DNA from: an uncultured delta proteobacterium
GTDB lineage: Bacteria; Desulfobacterota; Desulfomonilia; UBA1062
Length of the DNA stretch: 64,000 nucleotides
Assembly: GCA_963785235.1 (NCBI GenBank)
Contig: CAWAUM010000002.1
Span: 257,308 to 321,307, forward strand
Direction of reading: 5' to 3'
The notes beneath the pieces are model-generated. The model searched no databases and was not told the origin of the DNA. It worked only from the letters and a program-made list of their open reading frames with translations. Numbering within the stretch: position 1 is the first letter of the stretch; every line of letters starts with the position of its first letter. Shown here in pieces: positions 33,101 to 42,499 of this stretch. Position numbers and translations under genes: made by a program.

Positions 33101-33445
33101 ATGCAGGCAGCGAACGTTGTGCAGTTTTTCTGGCCGGAGATGAATAACACGGTATCTATTGTTGCCCTCGTTGTGGCGCTGATGATATTCGTCTTCGGAG
33201 CGTTCAGCGGCGCTCGGGCAAACAAAATCCGCATCGTCTTTGCCGTGATCCTGTCCACGGCGATTGGCTGGTTCGCCATGCCCCTGGCTGTCAAGGCGGC
33301 CTCGGCATTGCACATTTTGGATACGAATTCAGGCCTCATGATTCTCATCACGGCAATGATGTTGTTTGTCGCGGCCGTTGCGACAAGCATCTATGAGATA
33401 ATTACGGTAACATTCCCGGATATCGGCATGTCACCCAGGAAGTGA
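33101..33445 (+). CDS. Hypothetical 3-TM membrane protein
   Basis: AGGAGG RBS and three hydrophobic helices. Confidence 0.6.
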   Translation: MQAANVVQFFWPEMNNTVSIVALVVALMIFVFGAFSGARANKIRIVFAVILSTAIGWFAMPLAVKAASALHILDTNSGLMILITAMMLFVAAVATSIYEIITVTFPDIGMSPRK

Positions 33446-33964
33446 GGCGGGGAATACGTTTGTCGTATCAAATCAACAGTATGTTTTTATATGGAAAGTT
33501 ATTTAAGATGCGGAAATTATAGTCATTGAACGATCTTGCAAAACTCCTTAACATCGTGTTTCCGTCTCCGGCGCAGATCGGGAAGACAGAGATTTCTCCC
33601 TTCGGCCGAAATGACAGGGGTGGTCGGTATCCCAGTCGCCGCTACAAAAAATATATCGAAATGCCAATCCGGAATATTGGTTTGTCATCGAACTGGAAAG
33701 CGGAGAAACAATCCTGACTCAGAATGCAGTAATAACAAAAATTCTCGTTACCGTTCTATTCCGGCAAAAGGCATACGGTCAAAGATCGAATTTCACGACC
33801 AGGAAGGTCTTCCAGTGAAGCATGCCCTGTCAGCATCGCTGTGATTATGCAATCACATCCGGACGCGATTAATCTCTCCGAATAAGGTTCACGTCCAACA
33901 AACTGCCGGCCGGCGCGTCTACGATATTAAATCACCATCCGGCCTTTCCCGCACACCAAAGCCC

Positions 33965-34495
33965 TTACCTGTTCTCCCTGAACGTATACACTTCTTTCAG
34001 TTTCTTGTCGTATTTGACGACCTTGAACTCACCGAGATAGGTATTGAAAAGCGGATATCCTTTTTCTGCCCAGCCGACTATGCCATTTTCAACGAGATAC
34101 ACGTTCCTGTATCCATACCTGTACAACGTTCCGACAAAATAGGTGGCCCGGTGTGTTGTCCGGCAGTACACCCACATCTCCGTCTCCGGGTCGGCCCACT
34201 TATCGGGCATCGTATAGGCATGGCCTGAATCGACATTGTTCGAATCCTTGATATGACCGCTGGCAAACTCTGCTTCAGTCCGCAGGTCTATAAGGACTGC
34301 CTTGCTCTTGCCGGCCTGAACTTCCTGCCATTTCCGGTACAGGTCATCGATTGTCTTTATCCTGTCCGGGGAGATGAGTCCTCTCATTTCCTTGTAGTAC
34401 GTTTTCTCTCCGCTTTTGGTTCCTTCTGCCCATGCGCCATCCGGCATGATGCACAATATCGCCATGATCAAACCCGCCAGCATTTTCTTCATCAT
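33965..34495 (-). CDS. Exported rhodanese-like protein
   Basis: Signal peptide ending AWA, LIDLRT..EF..GHI, YCRTTHRA active loop and GIVGW...GYP. Confidence 0.85.
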   Translation of the reverse strand: MMKKMLAGLIMAILCIMPDGAWAEGTKSGEKTYYKEMRGLISPDRIKTIDDLYRKWQEVQAGKSKAVLIDLRTEAEFASGHIKDSNNVDSGHAYTMPDKWADPETEMWVYCRTTHRATYFVGTLYRYGYRNVYLVENGIVGWAEKGYPLFNTYLGEFKVVKYDKKLKEVYTFRENR

Positions 34496-34772
34496 CTCAC
34501 CTCATCACATAATAATGATATATCTTGATATTTTGCATGATTGCATGTATCTGCCAGCGCCTCATACAGCATTTTTAATATGTCAGGAAGAAGTGTATAG
34601 AAAGTGTACACAACTTTTCATGGTTCCGCAGACCGAGCCTCAGACACGTGTTTGCCGGGAGACCGGCATGTTTTCGATGCATCTTCCCGCCTGTCAAAAA
34701 CAGACTGAGGCAGGTTTTTCGGTCAGAGCATCAGTCCAACCCCCGGAATGTCAATTGATTTATTTTAATACA

Positions 34773-34787
34773 GCGAAAAGAGTACCA
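34773..34787 (-). promoter_or_regulatory. sigma54 promoter (copy 3 of the repeated module)
   Basis: ATCATTC-TGGTACTCTTTTCGC; 34770-34880 aligns with 37850-37960. Confidence 0.6.
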
Positions 34788-34920
34788 GAATGATACACAT
34801 TACTATTGAACACTTTCTGAGGCGGTTCAATAGTACGATTTTCAGCGAATTTTATTTCGTCGATGTCGATCATGACTCGACGGTTCCACATGAGCAGGCC
34901 TGAATAATTTCTTCAGATCT

Positions 34921-35232
34921 TCACTCATCACCGGTTTCAAAGCCGTTTGGCAGGCGTGTGGCTTTCAATGGAATGCTGGACATCAGTTTCGGCATCTCTG
35001 AAGATTGACTATCAGAATATTTTTCCAGGCGGTTCAGAACTGCCATGTAAGTCAAGGGAACAAAGGGTGAGATGAATGCCAGAAATGTTATTGTCGTCCC
35101 GAAGGCGCTGGACCACTTTCCGGTATTGATACCGTAAATGATGCCGCCTGCCGTGATGATGAGAGCAAGTGAGATGAATTGAATACTGATGATACGCTTA
35201 ATGCCTCTTTTTTCCTGTTCGATTGTTTTCAT
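34921..35232 (-). CDS. Small 2-TM hypothetical protein
   Basis: GGAG RBS before MKTIEQEK; two hydrophobic helices. Confidence 0.55.
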   Translation of the reverse strand: MKTIEQEKRGIKRIISIQFISLALIITAGGIIYGINTGKWSSAFGTTITFLAFISPFVPLTYMAVLNRLEKYSDSQSSEMPKLMSSIPLKATRLPNGFETGDE

Positions 35233-35419
35233 CGGTAGAATCTCCTTGGTTTCTATATCTTTCCAAACTGAGTTTCTTGTTGAGGAACTCGAATAAGGTT
35301 GCTTTACAGTAATAGTCATCGGGGAGTCTTTTCCGGAATTCAGATAGAATATCAGCCTGTTGTTGTTGAGAATAGAGTTCCCATCTGGTCGAGATATCCT
35401 TTTGCTGCCTCTTTTTCAT
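35198..35419 (-). CDS. 73-aa hypothetical protein
   Basis: RBS-like GGAGCAGGA; candidate sigma54 site CGGCAAAGCCTATGC at 35456-35470. Confidence 0.45.
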   Translation of the reverse strand: MKKRQQKDISTRWELYSQQQQADILSEFRKRLPDDYYCKATLFEFLNKKLSLERYRNQGDSTDENNRTGKKRH

Positions 35420-35633
35420 AACAAGTATCCTGCTCCGTTGATGTTGATATTCCCTGCATAGGCTTTGCCGGCAACCTGTTTAAGAAATGATAAATTTTTC
35501 ATCGTCCCTGGATAGATATCTGCTACCGCCTGGTTTTTATAAGCTGTTTTTCTGCCGGAGGTTTATCAGCTGCGGAGAGAAGTGAGGCGGTCAAAGCGGA
35601 TAGCCCCAGTCCCCTGGGCAACCTGTGTTATGA

Positions 35634-35822
35634 TCATACTCTTGCAAGCATTTCCGGCATAATTGCCTCGCCTTCCCGTTTCACTGCCGTATCCCGACAG
35701 TATTTCCCCGGAATGGCCAGTCGCCCGACCAGCCAGCAGCAGAGCATGACCAACGGAAAAACGACATACAGGGCTGCGGGAAGAAACCACAAGCATACGA
35801 TTACTTCTGCCATTCCAGTCAT
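35634..35822 (-). CDS. 62-aa membrane peptide, paralog A
   Basis: MTGMAEVIVCLWFLPAALYVVFPLVMLCCWLVGRL...; GGAGG 7 nt upstream; paralogous to 37594-37788. Confidence 0.75.
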   Translation of the reverse strand: MTGMAEVIVCLWFLPAALYVVFPLVMLCCWLVGRLAIPGKYCRDTAVKREGEAIMPEMLARV

Positions 35823-35891
35823 TTTCATACCTCCCTTTGTATTGTGTGCACTCGGCGCCATCGCCAGCAGTCTGCGTTCACCCTTCCTTAC

Positions 35892-35906
35892 GCAAAAGGA
35901 GTACCA
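35892..35906 (-). promoter_or_regulatory. sigma54 promoter (copy 1)
   Basis: TGGTACTCCTTTTGC, 70 bp upstream of peptide A. Confidence 0.75.
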
Positions 35907-36025
35907 GAATGATAAAGTTCGCCGCCCAACATCACGGAAACTGGTCAACACTTCGATATTGCATGGAAATTGACTAGAGAGAGGGCGATCATCCGCTGCC
36001 GGCTTCTCATCAGGCGGCGTGAAAA

Positions 36026-36075
36026 TGTCTACCGAATAGACATTATATTCTTCGATACTGTACAAGAAGTGGACA
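36026..36075. promoter_or_regulatory. Tandem palindromic enhancer (UAS) sites
   Basis: TGTCTA-N5-TAGACA (36026-36042) and TGTACA-N5-TGGACA (36059-36075), 33 bp apart. Confidence 0.7.
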
Positions 36076-36110
36076 GTATCGGGGAATTGGCCAGTCTGTC
36101 ATCCGGAAGT

Positions 36111-37289
36111 TTATCCCTCAGCCGCCTGGCGAAGAACATCTGTCACCGTATTAACCGGTATTGTCAGGTGCTTGAATGCCAATTCCCCTATTCTGAACAG
36201 TACGACCTGCCGCAGCATGCACTCGCGTCTCGGCGGCCTCCACGCATCGCCCCAACTCGGCTTCAAGGCGCCGCATGGCCGGCACCAGTGCCGGGCAAAA
36301 CAACTCGCGCATTCCGCGAGATCGTCGGTTTGCACGGGCATCCTCATTCCCTGCGGCAGATGATCGCTCGCAAGAATGTTGCCTGAATAGAATTGCGGAA
36401 ACTTGTAGAGAAGATGGCAGGCGTAGACATCACCATCAGGTCCGACGGCAAAATCACGAATTCCGGCAGGGCGCCGGTCGTCGACGACAGATGCTCCCCC
36501 ACCATCGAGCAAGGGCACAAGGAGTTCGCTGAAGTACACGTCAACAAGGCCATTTCGCCCATACAGCAGCGATTCGAACCACCAGTTGACAGCCTCCAGA
36601 TGGCAATCAAGAAGCCGCTCAAAATGACAGTCGTCGAATGGATACAGTTCCAGCGGTGCCGGGGGATAGGCGGTATGAAAAATGAGCTTCTCTACCCCCA
36701 GGCCTGCCGTGAACCGGAAGAGATCAACAATTGAACATCCCTGATCGATATGCCTGGACGTATATACGGTTTCGATCGCGGTCGGTACCCGGTTGCTAAG
36801 CAATGCCTCTATCGTCGTAACGGCCTCATCGAAGCTGCCCATCCCTTGTGCACTGGGTCTCAACGCATCGTGGATATACTTGGGACCATCGAGGCTGACT
36901 GTCGCAGCGATGTTATGTTCTCTGCAGAATGCCACCATTTCAGGAGCATGTTGAGAGGCGCCGTTCGTCACTATTCCGAAACTCGGCGGCTGCGAGATGA
37001 TTCCCTGGCTGACCATGCGCATGGTCTCATCGACGATCGCCCGCACTGCTGGCATGTTCAGTGTCGGTTCACCTCCGGAAAATTGCAAGAAATTGCACGA
37101 TTCGAAATGTGAAAAAACGCGTCGAACGATATTTCTAGCGGCTTCCTCGCTCATCAACCTTGTCCTGCTTTCTGCATCCGGAAGCCTGACGCAACAGTAA
37201 CTGCAATTGAGGTTGCATGTTTCGGAAAGGAAGAGTGTGAGTTTATCGATCTTATTTATCGATTGCGACCTAGGTATCTGTGAATTCAA
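36111..37289 (-). CDS. Radical SAM protein with SPASM-like C-terminal domain
   Basis: CNLNCSYC, GGEP, TNG, VSLDG..HD..R, GDVYAC and CASCFARHWCRPC...C. Likely TTG start at 37289 after GGAGG (ORF track starts at 37421). Confidence 0.85.
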   Translation of the reverse strand: MNSQIPRSQSINKIDKLTLFLSETCNLNCSYCCVRLPDAESRTRLMSEEAARNIVRRVFSHFESCNFLQFSGGEPTLNMPAVRAIVDETMRMVSQGIISQPPSFGIVTNGASQHAPEMVAFCREHNIAATVSLDGPKYIHDALRPSAQGMGSFDEAVTTIEALLSNRVPTAIETVYTSRHIDQGCSIVDLFRFTAGLGVEKLIFHTAYPPAPLELYPFDDCHFERLLDCHLEAVNWWFESLLYGRNGLVDVYFSELLVPLLDGGGASVVDDRRPAGIRDFAVGPDGDVYACHLLYKFPQFYSGNILASDHLPQGMRMPVQTDDLAECASCFARHWCRPCGALKPSWGDAWRPPRRECMLRQVVLFRIGELAFKHLTIPVNTVTDVLRQAAEG

Positions 37290-37593
37290 GCGATTTTCCC
37301 TCCATGCCACCATGCCTGCACTTTTCGTCGAGATGCAGGCATTCCCGGATACGGAGCGGCTGACCCGTGGCAGCCGCTCCTGCCTGAAAATTGGATCGTA
37401 CGGGAACGATTTCTCCTGCACCTAATGTTCATTTTTCTTCTCCCGGTGCATTAACAAAAAAACGCCGATTGCCGCTATCTGACCAATCCTGCCTGACCTG
37501 TCACACCGACACCTCATCTTTCCTGAATTTTGAGCCGCTCAGGTGAACGAGGGAATCAAGGCGGGGGATTCCCCCTCTCGTTGCCGGAATGGT

Positions 37594-37788
37594 TTACGCT
37601 CCGTCTTTTGCAAACATTTCCGGTACATCTGCCTCGGCTTCCCGGTATACTGCTGATTCCCGACGTTCTTTCTGCGGGAAAATCAGTCGCCCGACCAGCC
37701 AGCCGGACAGCATGGCCAGCGGGATAACGCTGTACAGCACGACCGGAAGAATCCACAAACATACGATCACATCTGCTAATCCAGTCAT
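37594..37788 (-). CDS. 64-aa membrane peptide, paralog B
   Basis: MTGLADVIVCLWILPVVLYSVIPLAMLSGWLVGRL...; GGAGG 7 nt upstream. Confidence 0.75.
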   Translation of the reverse strand: MTGLADVIVCLWILPVVLYSVIPLAMLSGWLVGRLIFPQKERRESAVYREAEADVPEMFAKDGA

Positions 37789-37853
37789 TTTTATCCCTCC
37801 CTTTGCGTTGTGGGCAATCGGCGCCACCATCGGCATCGTTTATGAATCCCCAT

Positions 37854-37868
37854 GCGAAAGGAGTACCA
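37854..37868 (-). promoter_or_regulatory. sigma54 promoter (copy 2)
   Basis: TGGTACTCCTTTCGC, with an IHF-like AATCGAAATATTG on the minus strand near 37908-37920. Confidence 0.7.
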
Positions 37869-37988
37869 GAATGATCCTGATCGCCGCCGATCCTTTCTGG
37901 GGTGGTTCAATATTTCGATTTTTCATGGAAATTGATTTCGTCGAGAGCGATCATCAGACGGCATTCTCTCAAGCGTTGGCGTGAAAAA

Positions 37989-38037
37989 TGTCCATCGATT
38001 AGACATTTTTCCCTCGACGATATATAAGAAATTGACA
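37989..38037. promoter_or_regulatory. Tandem palindromic enhancer (UAS) sites
   Basis: TGTCCA-N5-TAGACA (37989-38005) and TATATA-N5-TTGACA (38021-38037), immediately upstream of the activator gene. Confidence 0.65.
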
Positions 38038-38093
38038 GTCACAGAAACCGGCTCAGTCCCACCACTGCATGTTCACGACAGAAGAGGTCCGGC

Positions 38094-39657
38094 ATGGCCG
38101 AACAGTTCCATCTCTCGGACAAGGAATTCTCCCTGTTCTGCGAGGTCACCACTTCATTCCATACTATCCGGGACATGGACGAAATGATCCTGGATATCTT
38201 CAGCAAAATCAAATCCATCCTGAACATCGAGGGTGCATCCATAGCCCTGCACGATGCGGCGGACAAGGAGTTTTATTTTATCCGTACCGTCGGCGAATGT
38301 GCGGGCATGAAAAACACCGACAACGCCGCCCTGCGTTTTCCCGACGATAAAGGCGTTGCCGGCTGGGTAAGGGAGAACAACTGCGCAGCCGTGATTAACG
38401 ACGTCTCACGTGACAAACGTTTTTTCAGCGGTATGGATGTAAAAGGTCACTTCAATACCCAATCGATGATCTGCGTGCCGCTCCAGACCAGGAAAGGATT
38501 TCTGGGAGTCCTGTACGCGTTGAACAAAATCAACGGCCAATTCAGCGAAAGGGAGGAGAAAATTCTGGTGATCCTCTCCGGGACTATCGCAGTTTCCATC
38601 GAAAATGCGAAACTGTATGGCGAACTGAAAGATCACGTCCATTCTCTCGAACGGGAAAAACGGCTCCTGCTGTCCCAGGCGCAGGCCGGCTCAGGCTTCA
38701 AGGAGATCATCGGTTCCAGCCTGCCGATGCGCCGGATGTTCGAGCTCATCGAGAAAGTGATCGACACCCCGACAACGGTCCTGATCCAGGGAGAAACCGG
38801 TACCGGCAAGGAACTTATCGCCAAGGTCATCCATTATAACGGACCGCTGAAAAACAAGCCCTTTGTCGCCGAAAACTGCGGCGCCCTGCCGGAACAGCTG
38901 CTGGAGAGCGAACTGTTCGGCCATGTCAGGGGTGCCTTTACCGGGGCGGTAATGAACAAGAAAGGCCTGTTTGAGATCGCCGACGGCGGCACCATCTTTC
39001 TCGATGAGGTCGGCGAAATGTCGCCGCACATGCAGGTCAAGCTTCTCAGGGTTCTCCAGGAGTGGTCAGTTCAGGCCGGTCGGCGGTAATCACACCCGCC
39101 AGGTCAATGTGCGGCTGATCGCCTCGACCAACCGGGACCTCGCCGAAGAAATCCGCAAGGGAAATTTCCGGGAGGACCTCTACTATCGCATCAATGTCTT
39201 TCAGATCACGCCCCCGCCACTACGGGAGAGGAAAGAGGACATCCTCCTTCTCGCCAGCCATTTTCTCGAAAAATTCGCCGGAAAGACCGGCAGGACGGTT
39301 CCCGTTATTTCTCCCCAGGTCCTGAACCTCCTGATGCGATTCGACTGGCCCGGCAACGTCAGGGAACTTGAAAACGAAATGGAACGGGCCTTGACCATGG
39401 CCGGCAAGGGAAAGATCATCCTGAAGGAGTTCCTCTCAGACAAGATTAGGGGAACAGGGCAGGAAGGAAAGGATAGCAACGCCCCTGCAGAGTTCTCCCG
39501 GACCTTGAAGGATGCTATCCAACTCGTCGAGGCGCGTCTCATCCGGGAGACCCTGGCCTCAACCGGCGGCAACCGATCCAGGACGGCCAAGTCGCTCGGT
39601 ATTTCCAGGCAGGGATTACTCAACAAAATCGCGGCATACAACATCCCCATAGGATAG
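38094..39657 (+). CDS. GAF-AAA+-Fis-HTH sigma54-dependent activator, frameshift near 39,062
   Basis: GAF domain, [28 protein letters not shown] and KLLRVLQE, then [16 protein letters not shown] and HTH in ORF 38971-39657. Confidence 0.9.
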
Positions 39658-39672
39658 AAATCGGTACCGGAT

Positions 39673-41913
39673 ATGAACCACCTCTGGCGTGGGCTCTTGA
39701 TCGGATCACTGATCGCCATTGCAGGAACGGCTCTTTTCTTTTCGCCCTTGGGGCTGAAGGTCGAGGAGGAATTCGGCCTGGCGATGCTGTTCAAGATCCG
39801 GGGGTCGCGTCTTCCTCCCGATGGGGTGGTGATCGTCAACCTTGACCAGGACCCTTCCTCCCGGCTGGGCCTGCCGGAAAATTTCAGCGTATGGCCGCGG
39901 ACTATCCATGCGAGGATGGTCGACAGGCTGAAGAGCCTCGGTGCGGAAGCCATCGCCTTCGACGTTCATTTCGCCGAAGCGAGGAATCCCGCCGATGATC
40001 TCGTCCTCGCCGAATCGATCCGCCGGGCCGGCAACGTCATCCTGTTCGCAGAACTGAAACGGCAAACCATCGACCCCTCTGGCCGCGCCCGGGAAGCAGG
40101 CAAGGTCGATATCGACATCCTTGTTCCTCCGATTCCGCCCCTCGCCGATGCGGCCCTGGCGCTTGCCCCCTTCCCCATCCCCAAACGGCCGGTGCGGATC
40201 AACCAGACCTGGCTGTTCAAGCAGTCCGCCGGAGAGATGCCGACCTTGCCGGTCGTCGTCCTCCAGACCATGGCCGGCAAACACGACGCCTACCTGCAGT
40301 CGCTTCTCGGCAGGAACATGCCCGACCGCATCGACACACCGCCGGCGATCACCCGGCAGGCGGCCGCTCCGGTCGACAACATCCGCACCGCACGGGAGAT
40401 CTTCAAGCAGCGCCCCGAGCTGAAGGCACAGCTTCTCTCCGACCTCGCCGCAGGTCCAACCGCACTGCCCTCGCCCGCCGACCGGGCCCTGCTGCAGGCG
40501 CTGGTGCGAATGTACGCAGGCAGGGACAACATCCACATCAACTATTACGGCCCGCCGGCATCACTCCTCACCTTATCGTACAGTGACATCCTGTCGCCGG
40601 AGAGCTCAGACACCACCGCCCTCGAGGAACGGATCAGAGGCAGGGCGGTATTCATCGGCGCTGCCAGAAAGACCTGGTCCGGCCAGAAGGACGGTTTCTA
40701 CACCGTTTTTTCACAACCGGACGGGCTCGATCTGAGCGGTGTCGAGATCGCGGCGACAATATATGCCAATCTTCTCGAAAATTCCCAGATCCGGCGATCA
40801 GCGCCGCTCTTCAGCGCCGCCCTGCTCGTTGCCTGCAGCCTCGCGGCCTGCCTGATCAGCTTTCTGCTGTCTCCGACGATCGCGGCAATCGCCCTTTCAG
40901 CACTCGTCTTCTGCTACCTTTCCGTGGCGAGTTATTTTTTTGTCCGGCATGGCGTCTGGCCGCCGCTCATCATTCCCCTGGCCATGCAGTTGCCGGCCGC
41001 CATCCTCGCCTCCATCCTCTGCAAATATGTCAGGGCATGCCAGGAAAGGGGAAATGTGCGCAAGGCTCTGCAGTTGTATCTTCCCGACAATGTGGTGAGC
41101 GAACTGACGAGCGACCTTTCGTTCATCAGGACCGGCGACCGGATGGTCTACAGCGCCTGCCTGATCACCGATGCCCAGCACTACACCTCACTCTCGGAAA
41201 AATTGGCCCCTGCAGAAATGAGCAGGTTGATGAAAGACTACTTCGAGCACCTCTTCAGGCCGGTGAACGAATACGACGGACAGGTCTGCAATGTGATCGG
41301 AGATTCAATGCTGGCGCTCTGGCCTTCCGTTCAGCCTCTCGCCGAACAAAGAGCAAAGGCCTGTCAAGCCGCCTTGCAGATACACGCGGCTGTTGACCAG
41401 TTCAACCGCAAGCATCCGGAAACCTCACTGCCGACCAGGATCGGCCTCCATTACGGCTACCTGCTGATGGGCAATATCGGCGCGGAAAGCCATTTCGAAT
41501 ATGCCCCGGTCGGCGATATCGTCAACACGGCATCGCGGATCGAAGGGCTGAACAAGCTGCTGGGCACCCGGATCCTCGCCTCCGAGGCGACGGTTGAAGG
41601 TGTAGCCGGAGTTCTCACCCGCAAACTGGGCATGTTCCTTTTTGCAGGCAAGACCCAACCGATCGCGATCCGCGAGCTGTTGAGCGCCGATGAGGAAGTC
41701 GAGAAGCAACAGGAGACGATTGTGCAGATATTTCCCGAAGCACTGAATGATTTTCAGCAGAGGCACTGGAGTCGGGCGATCGAAGGTTTCAGGCTCTGCA
41801 TCGCCCTGCTGGGCGATGACGGCCCCTCGCGGTTCTACCTGCAGCTCAGCAGATCCTACCGCGAGCAGCCGCCGCCGACAGATTGGGGGGGAACGCTCCT
41901 GGTGGACAAGTGA
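39673..41913 (+). CDS. CHASE2-domain class III adenylate/guanylate cyclase
   Basis: TM, CHASE2 (WPR..HA, AFDVHF, SGVEI.A), three TMs and a cyclase domain (TD, GD, RIGLHYG, GDIVNTASRIEGLNK). Confidence 0.9.
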   Translation: MNHLWRGLLIGSLIAIAGTALFFSPLGLKVEEEFGLAMLFKIRGSRLPPDGVVIVNLDQDPSSRLGLPENFSVWPRTIHARMVDRLKSLGAEAIAFDVHFAEARNPADDLVLAESIRRAGNVILFAELKRQTIDPSGRAREAGKVDIDILVPPIPPLADAALALAPFPIPKRPVRINQTWLFKQSAGEMPTLPVVVLQTMAGKHDAYLQSLLGRNMPDRIDTPPAITRQAAAPVDNIRTAREIFKQRPELKAQLLSDLAAGPTALPSPADRALLQALVRMYAGRDNIHINYYGPPASLLTLSYSDILSPESSDTTALEERIRGRAVFIGAARKTWSGQKDGFYTVFSQPDGLDLSGVEIAATIYANLLENSQIRRSAPLFSAALLVACSLAACLISFLLSPTIAAIALSALVFCYLSVASYFFVRHGVWPPLIIPLAMQLPAAILASILCKYVRACQERGNVRKALQLYLPDNVVSELTSDLSFIRTGDRMVYSACLITDAQHYTSLSEKLAPAEMSRLMKDYFEHLFRPVNEYDGQVCNVIGDSMLALWPSVQPLAEQRAKACQAALQIHAAVDQFNRKHPETSLPTRIGLHYGYLLMGNIGAESHFEYAPVGDIVNTASRIEGLNKLLGTRILASEATVEGVAGVLTRKLGMFLFAGKTQPIAIRELLSADEEVEKQQETIVQIFPEALNDFQQRHWSRAIEGFRLCIALLGDDGPSRFYLQLSRSYREQPPPTDWGGTLLVDK

Positions 41914-42089
41914 CCGAAAATGGGTTGCCGAATGACTGTCGATCAGCAACCCATGGCCGGAAAGGCCTTGTTTCGTGCCATGACCGTTCAGCCGGGGTGG
42001 TCGACGATCTCTAAAGAAATCGTGCGAGTGCACCGCATGGCTCCCGTCATCAACCGTTGTTTTTCATTATCACGGACTGTGCACCGAGT

Positions 42090-42323
42090 TCAGTTGCAGA
42101 TCTGTTTATACCCGGTGCTGGTTTTGATGACGATGCAACCCGGGCTGCCCCAGGCGAACAGCAAGGAGTGACTTGTCGCTTTGTTCAGACTTGCCTCTGA
42201 CAACTTGCGGATTTCCACCTTGTCGCCATGTTTAGAGCCCACTCCCTCGATAGCGACAACGTCGACAAGGTCTCCCGTCACATCATCAAAAATAAGTTCA
42301 ACTTTAAAACTCTCTCTCGGCAT
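42090..42323 (-). CDS. 77-aa protein with C-terminal GSPGC-x12-C motif
   Basis: AAAGGAGG RBS 7 nt before the ATG at 42323; ends WGSPGCIVIKTSTGYKQICN. Confidence 0.7.
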   Translation of the reverse strand: MPRESFKVELIFDDVTGDLVDVVAIEGVGSKHGDKVEIRKLSEASLNKATSHSLLFAWGSPGCIVIKTSTGYKQICN

Positions 42324-42499
42324 CGCATGACCTCCTTTGGCACATAATGATTGAACATCGATAGATGGCTGGACTAACGATACAAACAATTTGATTCCTC
42401 GATCATCCACCTCCTTTCCAAGGTATTGAACTGCCTTGGCTCAGTCGTTCAGCTCACTCCCTTGCTGCCGTGTCTGTAAAGAATTGGCCGGCCTGATTG

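Noticed and set aside
33560-33620. REP-like GAGATTTCTCCCTTCGGCCGAAATGAC element
   Set aside because: Single copy in the window, so it cannot be shown to be a repeat.
34542-34556. sigma54-like TGGCAGATACATGC before the rhodanese gene
   Set aside because: GG-to-GC spacing is one base short of the strict -24/-12 requirement.
42374-42420. Second AAAGGAGG with a 10-aa ORF, or the 106-aa longer start
   Set aside because: RBS spacing is too short or overlaps the start; the ATG at 42323 fits better.
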